IMG/VR virus record: IMGVR_UViG_3300037424_000686 | Span: 1 to 44,698 of that record | Strand: one strand, 5' to 3' | DNA from: a virus | DNA: 44,698 nucleotides | Shown: positions 1 to 7,741 of the stretch, piece by piece | Position numbering within the stretch: position 1 is the stretch's first letter | Layout of the letters: each line of letters opens with the position of its first letter | Position numbers and translations under genes: made by a program | The notes under the pieces: generated by a model | Database searches by the model: none | Seen by the model: only the letters and a program-made list of their open reading frames with translations | What the model was told of the DNA's origin: nothing

Positions 1-145
1 CCTGCGCGGCGCGGACCTGTACGGCGCGGACCTGTACGGCGCGGACCTGTACGGCGCGAACCTGCGCGGCGCGAACCTGGGCGGCGCGAACCTGGGCGGC
101 GCGAACCTGCGCGGCGCGGACCTGTACGGCGCGGACCTGCGCGGC
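1..145. repeat. 15-bp in-frame tandem repeat GCG(G/A)ACCTG(TAC/CGC/GGC)GGC, 9 full units plus a partial unit
   Basis: Units lie at 11-25, 26-40 and 41-55 (identical), then 56-70, 71-85, 86-100, 101-115, 116-130 and 131-145. Bases 11..135 are identical to 44574..44698, and bases 1..30 are identical to 44669..44698. Confidence 0.95.
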
Positions 146-442
146 GCGAAGTACAGCGCGCGCACGTGGTGGCCCGCGCCTACGATGTTGTTGCTAGCGA
201 ATTGGGGCCTAGTGGACGACGACCTCACGACCGCACTGATGCGCCTCGACGCATCCTGCCACCCGGACCCGGCCGCGTTCGATCGGTGGGCCGCGGACGG
301 ACCGTGCCCCTACGATGGGGTGCCCTTCGAACGCGCCGCCAATTTCCAACAGCAGAAGGCCCTGTGGTCGCCTGGATCGGTCTCCCCGATGTGGTGCGTC
401 CAGGAGCTGCTGCGCCGGTACCTCGTGGTGGGTGGCGCGTGA
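1..442 (+). CDS. pentapeptide-repeat protein, distal part (gene begins at 44535 and continues across the window junction)
   Basis: Frame 2 is open from base 2 and reads LRG (ADLYG)x3 ANLRG (ANLGG)x2 [24 protein letters not shown]..., i.e. A(D/N)LxG pentapeptide units. A non-repeat C-terminal domain of about 95 aa follows, ending at TGA 440-442. It joins in frame to 44535..44698 (ga + c = GAC). Confidence 0.8.
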   Translation, partial: LRGADLYGADLYGADLYGANLRGANLGGANLGGANLRGADLYGADLRGAKYSARTWWPAPTMLLLANWGLVDDDLTTALMRLDASCHPDPAAFDRWAADGPCPYDGVPFERAANFQQQKALWSPGSVSPMWCVQELLRRYLVVGGA

Positions 443-1092
443 GCGCGCACATGGTGACCCAGAGCGGGCGACAGGTGTACCTGCTGAACCCGCTCCCCGA
501 GGACATCGTGCTCGAGGACATCGTGGTCGCGCTCGCGAACACGCGCCGCTTCGCGGGGCACGCGCCGATCACGGTCGCGCAGCACTCGCTCGACGTCCGG
601 GACGACCTGTTCGCGGCCCGCCATGGCCTGCCACAGTACAGCCCCGTCGCGCGCGCCCGGATTTCGTTGTACGCGCTGCTCCACGACGCGCACGAGGCGT
701 ACATCGGGGACATCACCCAGCCGTGCGCGCGCGTGATCGCGGCCCTCGCGGGCGTGGATGTGCTCCCCGACCTGAAGGAGCGCGTGCAGGGCGCGATCCA
801 TCGCGCGTTCGGGCTCGACGAGGGGTCCGCGTCCTCCAGCTGGATCAAGGTCGCGGATGAGCGCCGGTTGGTGCGGGAGGCGGTCCGGTACGGGATCACG
901 GTCGCGCCGCCCGCGTGGAACGAGCGCTACGTGCAGCTGGCGCGCGAGCTGGCCGCGGTGCCCGATCCGTGTGGCGCGGTGGGCCCGATGTCCGCGGATG
1001 AAGCCGCGCGCCGGTTGAGGGCAGAGATTGTGCTCGCGGTGCGGAATATCATGAACACGGGCGCCCCGAGCGCAGTGCAGGGGGCCCTGTGA
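439..1092 (+). CDS. HD-domain phosphohydrolase (YfbR-like 5'-nucleotidase / dNTPase-type motifs)
   Basis: Motifs [10 protein letters not shown]...VAQHS...[12 protein letters not shown] match the H...HD...D metal-binding pattern of the HD superfamily. GTG 439 overlaps the upstream stop (GTGA); ATG 451 is an alternative start. The 166-438 extension in the ORF track overlaps the pentapeptide gene and was dropped. Confidence 0.75.
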   Translation: MSAHMVTQSGRQVYLLNPLPEDIVLEDIVVALANTRRFAGHAPITVAQHSLDVRDDLFAARHGLPQYSPVARARISLYALLHDAHEAYIGDITQPCARVIAALAGVDVLPDLKERVQGAIHRAFGLDEGSASSSWIKVADERRLVREAVRYGITVAPPAWNERYVQLARELAAVPDPCGAVGPMSADEAARRLRAEIVLAVRNIMNTGAPSAVQGAL

Positions 1093-1409
1093 ACCCGTAC
1101 ACCAACACCACAGATGCGTGGGTGTTCTGGCTGGTGACGGTGCCCACGCTCCTGGTTCTCGCCCTGACGGTTGGGGTGTGGGCGGTGAGTGACCCCGAGG
1201 CACCAGAGGTACGCGAACCGGACACGCTCGGCCTGGTTGCGTGCACCGCGGACGGCTGCACGTACCTGGACCTCTCGGGACCCCCGCCCGACGCGGCGAT
1301 CCTGTACGTCCCGGACCTGTGGTACCGTGACCTCCAAGCCGAGCGGGACTCGCTCGAGACGGTGATCGCGAAACTGCGCCCCCCGAACCCGGCGAGGTAC
1401 CGACCATGA
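1089..1409 (+). CDS. small membrane protein, hypothetical
   Basis: GTG start overlaps the upstream stop (GTGA). There is one clear hydrophobic helix (WVFWLVTVPTLLVLALTVGVWAV), and third codon positions are GC-rich. Confidence 0.6.
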   Translation: MNPYTNTTDAWVFWLVTVPTLLVLALTVGVWAVSDPEAPEVREPDTLGLVACTADGCTYLDLSGPPPDAAILYVPDLWYRDLQAERDSLETVIAKLRPPNPARYRP

Positions 1410-1434
1410 TTCGACTCTATCGGTTCCTGCGGCC

Positions 1435-1602
1435 ATGATCTACACCTTCGAGCGCGCGCCACGAATCGAGGAGGTCGTCGCCACCTCCGAGGATGCGGCC
1501 CGGAAGATTCTGGACGGGTACTACGGCGGCGACCCGGATTGGAAACTGATCGACACGCGCGGCGAGATCGTGTCGCGCCGTCTCCTGACCACGGAGGAAT
1601 GA
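1435..1602 (+). CDS. hypothetical protein (55 aa, below the ORF-track cutoff)
   Basis: Hand-translated from ATG 1435: MIYTFERAPRIEEVVATSEDAARKILDGYYGGDPDWKLIDTRGEIVSRRLLTTEE. Its TGA overlaps the next ATG (ATGA at 1599-1602), and it fills an otherwise empty gap. Confidence 0.45.
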   Translation: MIYTFERAPRIEEVVATSEDAARKILDGYYGGDPDWKLIDTRGEIVSRRLLTTEE

Positions 1603-2063
1603 TGGACCTCAAGAAACTGCTTCCCGGCGCGCTGCGCGCGATCGGGAAGATCACGGGGCTCGGTGGAGTCGCGGACACGCTCGCGAACGCCATCAGTGGG
1701 GAGAGCGAGATCGTCCTGACCCCCGAGCAGCGCGCCGCGCTCGAGGCCGAGCTGCACACGTTCGAAGTCCAGATGCGGCAGCAGGACACCGAGCAGATGA
1801 AGCTGTACCTGAGCGAGGCCCTCGCCGAGATTCAGAGCGCGGACAAGTACGTGTCGCGTGCGCGCCCGACCGGGTACTACGCGTTCGTCGCGGGCTCGCT
1901 GTTCTACATCGCACTCGTGGGGATCATCAGTCTCCGGACCGGGCAGCTCGACGCAGCCCTGATCCTCGCGACGCTCGCCCCGCTCGGCGGCGCCGGCGCG
2001 CAATGGCAGTACAACCGCACGCAAGAGAAGAAGGCCAAAACCTCTAACGGGAATGGTGCCTGA
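1599..2063 (+). CDS. membrane protein resembling the GTA-type 3-TM holin family
   Basis: Starts at the internal ATG 1599 of ORF 1539..2063. The layout is an N-terminal Gly-rich segment, a coiled stretch (TPEQRAALEAELHTFEVQMRQQDTEQMK), then hydrophobic helices (GYYAFVAGSLFYIALVGIISL, LDAALILATLAPLGGAGA). I recall this layout from the 'holin of 3TMs for gene-transfer release' family; the call is from memory only. Confidence 0.5.
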   Translation: MMDLKKLLPGALRAIGKITGLGGVADTLANAISGESEIVLTPEQRAALEAELHTFEVQMRQQDTEQMKLYLSEALAEIQSADKYVSRARPTGYYAFVAGSLFYIALVGIISLRTGQLDAALILATLAPLGGAGAQWQYNRTQEKKAKTSNGNGA

Positions 2064-2386
2064 TGCAGAACGAACCTGCGGTGAAGCGCTTGCTGGTGTG
2101 GGCCCGGGTGTGGCGGGGTTGGAACTTGACGCCGTCGGGGATGGTGCGCGTTGCCTTTTCTCGGGAGGACGCGGAATCGTCCGCCCGGGCTACAGGTGCG
2201 TACGTGCCGCGCACAATGTTCGCGCGCAACATCCGTCTGCCCGAGGAACGTGCGCGGGCGGTGTGGATGGAGATCGGGGGGACGCGCGGACTGGCCCTGA
2301 GGCACCTGTCCAGTCTGCATCACCACGAGCGGTTGGGGATCACGATCCGTACCAGGGTCCGCTTCCTGGCGCGGGGGTCCCGATGA
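2063..2386 (+). CDS. hypothetical protein
   Basis: ATG overlaps the upstream stop (TGATG). Third codon positions are GC-rich throughout. No motif recognised. Confidence 0.5.
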   Translation: MQNEPAVKRLLVWARVWRGWNLTPSGMVRVAFSREDAESSARATGAYVPRTMFARNIRLPEERARAVWMEIGGTRGLALRHLSSLHHHERLGITIRTRVRFLARGSR

Positions 2387-2730
2387 CCGACTACACGAAC
2401 GCCAAGGACCTGCCCACCGTGACCGGCACCCAGCCCGCAGTACCGCGCGAGTCGTTTACGCAGCGCTGGACGCGCTACCTCCGGCAGTGGCGGTACAGTC
2501 GCCGGGTCGCGTTCTGCAAGCAGCACGGGCACCGCGCGGGCCCGGTGCTGATCGGGCCCCGCTACGCCGCGAAGCACCGGCACTACTTCGATGTACTCAT
2601 GCTCTGCCCGCACTGTGGGACCCGGGGCACGATCCTGACCGGGGTCCCGTACCGCTGGAAGGCGCACCGCGATCTGCACAACCTGGCACAGTCGGTGTGG
2701 GGAAAGATCAATGCCGGAGCGAGACGCTGA
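2383..2730 (+). CDS. hypothetical Cys/His-containing protein
   Basis: Internal ATG 2383 of ORF 2053..2730 overlaps the upstream stop (ATGA). CKQHGH...CPHCG suggests a small metal-binding knuckle. Confidence 0.5.
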   Translation: MTDYTNAKDLPTVTGTQPAVPRESFTQRWTRYLRQWRYSRRVAFCKQHGHRAGPVLIGPRYAAKHRHYFDVLMLCPHCGTRGTILTGVPYRWKAHRDLHNLAQSVWGKINAGARR

Positions 2731-2920
2731 TCCGGCCGAGTGCCCGACCTGCGGCACCGAGCTCGAGGGTGGGCGCTGCCCGCAATGCGCCGACCTTACC
2801 GAGTGCCCGTACTGCGGCACCGAGCTCGACGGGGACCGCTGCCCCCTGTGCGGGGGTCGTGTGGTGCGGGCCGAGCGGCGTCCACGTCCCGATGCCATCG
2901 ACGCACGCGAACCTGATTGA
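2711..2920 (+). CDS. double zinc-ribbon protein
   Basis: Two tandem CPxCG...CPxC units (CPTCGTELEGGRCPQC and CPYCGTELDGDRCPLC). Overlaps the upstream gene by 20 nt. Confidence 0.6.
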   Translation: MPERDADPAECPTCGTELEGGRCPQCADLTECPYCGTELDGDRCPLCGGRVVRAERRPRPDAIDAREPD

Positions 2921-2937
2921 CCCCCGAAGGGAGTGAC

Positions 2938-3156
2938 GTGCTGCACATCGAGGTGGACCTCACGAACGACGAGATGCTCGCGATCGAGCCGAAGCTGGCC
3001 GAGGTCGACGGGCAGCTCGCTCGGAAGCTTCAGGCCGCCGAGCACCAGCCGCACAGTAAGTTCGCGCTCGCGTACGCCGCGTGGAGGCACCTGGTGGCGC
3101 CGATCCTCGCGCACGTCGCGGCCATCCGGCAACCCACACCACGGAGGAAACCATGA
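2938..3156 (+). CDS. hypothetical protein
   Basis: GTG 2938 is preceded by GAAGGGAG (SD-like); TTG 2917 is the alternative start. Predicted helical, no motif. Confidence 0.45.
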   Translation: MLHIEVDLTNDEMLAIEPKLAEVDGQLARKLQAAEHQPHSKFALAYAAWRHLVAPILAHVAAIRQPTPRRKP

Positions 3157-3320
3157 CATTCCCGAAGCAGCTGCTCATCGTGGAAGGCGTTGATGGTGCG
3201 TACTATGCCTATCCGACCGTCGCGGATATTCCTGATGACGAGGACGGCACGGAAGTCGCGACGTACGCGTTCGTCGAGTCCCCCGGGCACCTGACGGTCA
3301 CGAAACAGGTGGAACGATGA
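3153..3320 (+). CDS. hypothetical acidic protein
   Basis: Internal ATG 3153 overlaps the upstream stop (ATGA). Sequence MTFPKQLLIVEGVDGAYYAYPTVADIPDDEDG... Confidence 0.45.
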   Translation: MTFPKQLLIVEGVDGAYYAYPTVADIPDDEDGTEVATYAFVESPGHLTVTKQVER

Positions 3321-3457
3321 AGCTCACGAACGCCGTGATCCGGGAATTTGAGCGCGACCAGCGCGAGGGTGGGACCCGCATTGCCCTGCACAACCCGCTC
3401 TGGCAGGTCGCGGCGGGCATCCTGCGCGACCTGGGCGCGAAGCGGAGGAAACCGTGA
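3317..3457 (+). CDS. hypothetical protein (46 aa)
   Basis: Hand-translated: MKLTNAVIREFERDQREGGTRIALHNPLWQVAAGILRDLGAKRRKP. It has an ATGA overlap upstream and a GTGA overlap downstream. Confidence 0.4.
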   Translation: MKLTNAVIREFERDQREGGTRIALHNPLWQVAAGILRDLGAKRRKP

Positions 3458-3870
3458 GTGTCAACTCCCGCCGCAAGGGGAAGGCCGGCGAGCTGGGGGC
3501 GTCCCGCGTGCTCACGACCGTGTTCGACCTCGCCGTGCGCCCCGGGCGCCAGCTCGCGCAGTCCCGGGACGGGGGGATCGACCTCGCGCCCGAGGATACC
3601 CCGATCGCGGTCGAGGTCAAGCGCCGGAAGCTGCTCCCCGTGATTCTGAACCGCTGGCATCAGCAGGTCACCTCGCAAGCCGGGGACCGCCCGGTGCGGC
3701 TCGTGATGTGCCGTGAGGATCACGGGCCCTGGCTGTTCGTGCTCGACGCGGCGAGCATGATAGCGCTCGTGGGCTGGCTCCGGAAGCGGTTCGAGCCGGC
3801 CGCATTCGGGACCGGGGAGCCGGAGCCCACCCCCGGAGACCTCGCATTCATGGACGCGCTCGATGCCTGA
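3454..3870 (+). CDS. PD-(D/E)XK nuclease, Holliday-junction-resolvase-like
   Basis: N-terminal RRKGKAGE, then GGIDL ... AVEVKRRK gives the D...E-x-K catalytic signature typical of archaeal-Hjc-like phage resolvases. It sits directly upstream of the helicase. Confidence 0.65.
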   Translation: MSVNSRRKGKAGELGASRVLTTVFDLAVRPGRQLAQSRDGGIDLAPEDTPIAVEVKRRKLLPVILNRWHQQVTSQAGDRPVRLVMCREDHGPWLFVLDAASMIALVGWLRKRFEPAAFGTGEPEPTPGDLAFMDALDA

Positions 3871-5152
3871 GCTCCGTCCGTACCAGGCCGAGGCCGTCGA
3901 GCGGATGGTGTCCGCGCGCCGCCAGTACCTCGCGTTCGCGCCCCGGATGGGCAAGACCCCGGTCACGGTCATGGTCGCGAACCGACTCGGCGCGGAGCGC
4001 CCCCTCGTGATCTGTCCGGCCGTCGCGCGGGACGTGTGGCGCGCGCACTGGCGCACGTGGGGTGTGCCCGGCGCCCGCCCACGGGTGCTCTCGTACGACG
4101 AGCTGGTGCGCCGCCCCGAGCTCGAAGTGGAGCTGACCACGTGGCTCGACTTCCTCGTGATCGACGAGGTGCATTACGCGGCGCACGTGACCGCGAAGCG
4201 CGCGCACGTCGCGATGCGGATCGCGAACCACGCCCCGAACGCGCAAGGGCTGTACGTGCTGTCCGGGTCCCCGGTGCGGAACCGCCCGTTCGACCTGTAC
4301 CCACCGCTGCGCGCGATCTGGCCCGACCTGCTCAAGCGGTACGGGGTGCTGCACGCCGCGAACTTCCGGGCCGCGTTCGAGCGGGAGATCGAGTACTACA
4401 CGCCCGGAAGCGCGTTCGCGAAAACACGGATTGAGGCCCGGAACGTACCCGCGCTGCGCGCGCTGCTCGACAAGTTGATGATCCGCACCACGCGTGAGCA
4501 GGTCGCGGAGCAGCTGCCCCCGCTCTCGTGGGAGACGGTCCCGCTCGAGCTGCCACGCGAGGTGTTCGCGGACATGGAGCGCGCGCTCGAGCGGGTCGAG
4601 GGCTACCGGGATATCCTCGCCGCGCTCCAGCGCGGGGAGATTCCGGGCGACGATCGCGCGCACGTCGCGACCGCGCGCCGCATCCTCGGGACCGCGAAGG
4701 CGTATCCCGCCGCGAAGCTCGTGAGCGACGAGCTCGACGCGGGGCTCCTGCGGCACGTGGTGATCGGCGCGTACCACCTGGACGTGCTCGACGTCCTGGA
4801 GGCCGCGCTCGCGGCGCACGGAACGGTACGGATCGACGGGAGCGCGACACCACACCAGCGCGCGCACGCGATCCACGCGTTCCAGGCCGGCGAGGTGCCT
4901 GTGATGCTCGCGCAGCTGACCGCCGCGGGCGTCTCGATCGACCTCTCGCGCGCGGACGACGTGCTGCTCGTCGAGCAGGATTGGGTCCCGGACGTGAACG
5001 TGCAGTTCGTGGACCGGATTCGGAGCCCGAACAAGGACCGCCCGTGCGCCGCGCGCGTGCTCGCGGTCCCGGACAGTATCGACAGCGCCGTGGCCGCGAT
5101 CTGCCGCCGCAAGTGGCGGACCGCGGGACGGATCGTGTACGGAGGCGACTAA
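3863..5152 (+). CDS. SNF2-family DNA helicase/translocase
   Basis: LRPYQ...(Q motif), MGKTP (Walker A-like), LVIDEVH (DExH box), SGSPVRNRP, and a C-terminal helicase domain (VMLAQLTAAGVSIDL, VEQDWVP). Confidence 0.85.
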   Translation: MPELRPYQAEAVERMVSARRQYLAFAPRMGKTPVTVMVANRLGAERPLVICPAVARDVWRAHWRTWGVPGARPRVLSYDELVRRPELEVELTTWLDFLVIDEVHYAAHVTAKRAHVAMRIANHAPNAQGLYVLSGSPVRNRPFDLYPPLRAIWPDLLKRYGVLHAANFRAAFEREIEYYTPGSAFAKTRIEARNVPALRALLDKLMIRTTREQVAEQLPPLSWETVPLELPREVFADMERALERVEGYRDILAALQRGEIPGDDRAHVATARRILGTAKAYPAAKLVSDELDAGLLRHVVIGAYHLDVLDVLEAALAAHGTVRIDGSATPHQRAHAIHAFQAGEVPVMLAQLTAAGVSIDLSRADDVLLVEQDWVPDVNVQFVDRIRSPNKDRPCAARVLAVPDSIDSAVAAICRRKWRTAGRIVYGGD

Positions 5153-5178
5153 CCGTTTTCCCCAGGAGGGTACGCACC

Positions 5179-5634
5179 ATGCACTGCGAAATGAAGTTCT
5201 TCTTCGAGAGCCCCGAGGAGGCCGCGCGCTTCCGGTGGGGTATGGTTGGTAGTATCGTGCGCCCCGACGTCGTCGCGGAGCAGCCCCCGATCGATGCCGA
5301 CCCAATCGAGCGGAAGGAGGCACAGATCGAGGACGCCGCGATGCTGATCGAGGAGATCATGCCAACACAGCCGAGCGCGCCCGCGACGATCGGGACCGAC
5401 CCCACGAGCGGCGCAGTCATCCCCTCGCCCGCGCTCGTCGCGGAGGGCGCGCCGCTCACGTTCACCGAGCTGGTGACGAAGTACGCGGAGCGGTTCGGCA
5501 CCATCGCGCTCCACCAGGCGCTCAAGCGCTCGGGCGCACGCCGCGTCCGTGACCTCGATGCCGGCGGGCAGGCCGGTCTCATGGCGTTCATCACCGGCGA
5601 GCTCCAGAAGCCCGCGAAGCCGGTGACCCCGTGA
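5179..5634 (+). CDS. hypothetical protein
   Basis: ATG 5179 lies 8 nt after AGGAGGG. It is the internal part of ORF 4528..5634, whose upstream part overlaps the helicase in another frame. Confidence 0.55.
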   Translation: MHCEMKFFFESPEEAARFRWGMVGSIVRPDVVAEQPPIDADPIERKEAQIEDAAMLIEEIMPTQPSAPATIGTDPTSGAVIPSPALVAEGAPLTFTELVTKYAERFGTIALHQALKRSGARRVRDLDAGGQAGLMAFITGELQKPAKPVTP

Positions 5635-6935
5635 CCTCGCTCGGCCACGCGGAGCTCGGCGCGAGCAAGTCCGAGCGCTGGATCAACTGCGCCGGCTCCG
5701 TGAACCTCTCGCGCGGGATGCGGGGCGAGGAGAGCCCGTACGCGCGTGAGGGGACCGCGGCGCACAAGGTCGGGAACCTCGCGCTCGAGCGGAAGCTCGA
5801 CCCGAGCGACCTCGCCGAGACCACCGTCGAGGGAGTCGAGGTCACGGACGAGATGGCGGACGCGGTCTCGGTGTTCGTGAACGAGGTGCGGATCGAGCTC
5901 GCGAAGGACCCCGCGAGCCAGGTCTGGTACGAGCAGGAGATTTCCCTCGCGCCGTTCGATCCGCCGGGCCCGATGCACGGCACGAGCGACTGCTTCGTGT
6001 TCAGCCCCACGCGCCGGCGCCTGGTCGTGTTCGACTACAAGCACGGCGCGGGGGTCGTGGTCGAGGTCGCCGAGAACGCACAGGGCCGCTACTACGCGCT
6101 CGGAGCGCTCCTGAAGTTGGAGCACGAGCTCGGGATCGTGGGCCAGGTCGACGCGGTCGAGATCGTGATCGTGCAGCCACGCGCGTACCACGTGGACGGG
6201 ATCGTGCGCCGAGAGGTGGTCCCGTACCTCGAGCTGGTCGAGTTCGCGGGCTTCCTGCTGGAGCGGGCCGTCGCCACGCTCGACCCGCGCGCGCCCCTGA
6301 CCCCGGGGCGCTGGTGCAAGTTCTGCCCCGCGGCCGGCGTCTGCCCCGCGCTCAAAACGCACGCGATGGAGCTGGCGATGGTCGAGTTCGGGGACGTGCC
6401 GCTCGCGCTGCCCCCACCTCCGTCCCAGCTCTCGAACACGGTGCTCGGCACGCTCCTCAATAACCTGGACATCGTCGAGGACTTCGCGCGCGCCGCGCGG
6501 AGTACGGCCCAAGCGAAGCTCGAAGCGGGCGAGGAGGTGCCCGGTTGGAAGCTGGTCCCGAAGCGCGCGAACCGGAAGTGGATCGGTGAGGCGCAGCTCG
6601 CGGTGTTCGTCGCGAGCGCCGTACCTCGGCGCGAGGACGTTGACCGGATCATGTACGAGCAGAAGTTGCGCTCGCCCGCGCAGGTCGAAAAGCTGCTCAA
6701 GCCCCTGCAGGTGAAGCTCCCGACCGATCTCTACTCGCAGGAATCGTCGGGGAACACGCTCGCCCCGACCGGCGACCGACGCCAGGAGGTGACCCCCGTA
6801 GCGATCGCGGACGTGTTCGACGCGGAACCGCTCGCGTTGCTCCCGCCCGCGCCGGAGCCACCGGCTCCGGTGCTCTCGTTAGCTGAAGGTGTCCGGAACA
6901 TTCCATCCCGCACGAGGAGAAAGAGGAAGAAATGA
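5631..6935 (+). CDS. DUF2800-type PD-(D/E)XK nuclease with Cas4-like Cys cluster
   Basis: GTSDCFVF...VVFDYKHG gives the D...D-x-K motif. An N-terminal Cys (WINCAGS) plus C-terminal WCKFCPAAGVCP resembles the 4-Cys arrangement of Cas4/AddB-type nucleases. The gene order nuclease-SSB-PolA-primase is the familiar DUF2800/DUF2815 module. Confidence 0.8.
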   Translation: MTSLGHAELGASKSERWINCAGSVNLSRGMRGEESPYAREGTAAHKVGNLALERKLDPSDLAETTVEGVEVTDEMADAVSVFVNEVRIELAKDPASQVWYEQEISLAPFDPPGPMHGTSDCFVFSPTRRRLVVFDYKHGAGVVVEVAENAQGRYYALGALLKLEHELGIVGQVDAVEIVIVQPRAYHVDGIVRREVVPYLELVEFAGFLLERAVATLDPRAPLTPGRWCKFCPAAGVCPALKTHAMELAMVEFGDVPLALPPPPSQLSNTVLGTLLNNLDIVEDFARAARSTAQAKLEAGEEVPGWKLVPKRANRKWIGEAQLAVFVASAVPRREDVDRIMYEQKLRSPAQVEKLLKPLQVKLPTDLYSQESSGNTLAPTGDRRQEVTPVAIADVFDAEPLALLPPAPEPPAPVLSLAEGVRNIPSRTRRKRKK

Positions 6936-7564
6936 CCGCACCGACCACGACACCCCCCGCCGCGCCGCCCGCGAAGAAGTCCGAGCTGCGCTGGATCACG
7001 CCCGTCGCGATCCTGTCCTTCCCGCACCTGTTCGAGCCCTGGCGCGGCACGGACGACACGCAGAAGCCGAAGTTTTCGGCGACGTTCATCTTCGCCGCCG
7101 GCACGGACCTGAAGGACGCGAAGGCCGCCGTACGCGCCGCGGCGAACAAAAAGTGGGGCGGCAAGGCCGACGACATGATTCGCTCCGGCAAGCTGCACCT
7201 GCCGTTCCGCACGGACGGTGAGCAGTTTGGGTACCCCGAGGGGTCGGTGTTCGTCGGCGCCCGCTCCGACGCGCCCCCGGGCGTCGTGTCCCGCTACAAG
7301 GACCCCGCGACGGGCAAGCCCACGGTCGTGACGAAGGAGCAGCAGACACCCGGCAACCCGAACGAGCTGTACGCCGGGAGCCAGGTGCGCGGGCTGCTGT
7401 CCGCGTTCGCGTACGACACGCAGGGCAACAAGGGTGTCTCGTTCGGTCTGAATGGCATCCAGAAGGTTGGCGAGGGGCAGCGGCTCGACAACCGGGTCGC
7501 GGCCGAGGACGCGTTCGAAGCGGACCTCTCGGAGGCGCCAGCGAGTCTCGACGACCTGATGTGA
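6932..7564 (+). CDS. DUF2815-type (T7 gp2.5-like) ssDNA-binding protein
   Basis: It sits between the DUF2800 nuclease and the polymerase. The sequence is OB-like (LSFPHLFEP..., VSFGLNGIQKV) with an acidic C-terminal tail DAFEADLSEAPASLDDLM. Confidence 0.75.
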   Translation: MTAPTTTPPAAPPAKKSELRWITPVAILSFPHLFEPWRGTDDTQKPKFSATFIFAAGTDLKDAKAAVRAAANKKWGGKADDMIRSGKLHLPFRTDGEQFGYPEGSVFVGARSDAPPGVVSRYKDPATGKPTVVTKEQQTPGNPNELYAGSQVRGLLSAFAYDTQGNKGVSFGLNGIQKVGEGQRLDNRVAAEDAFEADLSEAPASLDDLM

Positions 7565-7741
7565 GTACGCTCGTGATGCTCGCCGTCGCGCTGCTAACGT
7601 GCTGGGCGATCTGGCAGCATCGCGAAGAAAACTGAGGTAGGCGCGGGCCGAGGAGGAAATGCCTCGGTAGGACGAACAGGTTCGAATCCTGTCGATCCCG
7701 GGTTGGGGTTACAGCGCCGTTCGATTCGGCGCCCGCGCCAT

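Noticed and set aside
166-438. An N-terminal extension of the HD-hydrolase ORF (track ORF 166..1092)
   Set aside because: The extension overlaps the pentapeptide-repeat gene in another frame and translates to an Arg/Pro/Gly-rich low-complexity sequence. A GTG at 439 gives the GTGA coupling used throughout the genome.
439-1092. A full 2-aminoadenine (Z-genome) pathway, DatZ + MazZ + PurZ
   Set aside because: No adenylosuccinate-synthetase-like (PurZ) ORF is visible in any frame. Only an HD hydrolase and a DUF5664-like protein are present, so a Z-genome claim is unsupported.
4332-6512. 726-aa minus-strand ORF, plus similar long ORFs at 3848..5323 (-), 7709..9181 (-), 9263..11440 (-), 33789..35504 (+), 37634..39898 (+), 37632..39098 (-), 43204..44517 (-) and 19703..20899 (+)
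   Set aside because: They lie antisense to, or out of frame with, genes that carry clear catalytic or structural motifs. Their translations are low-complexity Arg/Pro/Ala/Gly strings typical of non-coding frames in high-GC DNA, and they lack RBS or coupled starts.
7604-7700. A complete tRNA gene around the GGTTCGAATCC T-loop
   Set aside because: No 5' strand complementary to the acceptor-like CGATCCC could be found at a tRNA-compatible distance. No D-arm was found. The only candidate anticodon hairpin has an 8-nt loop without U33. It is kept only as a tRNA-like element in the findings.
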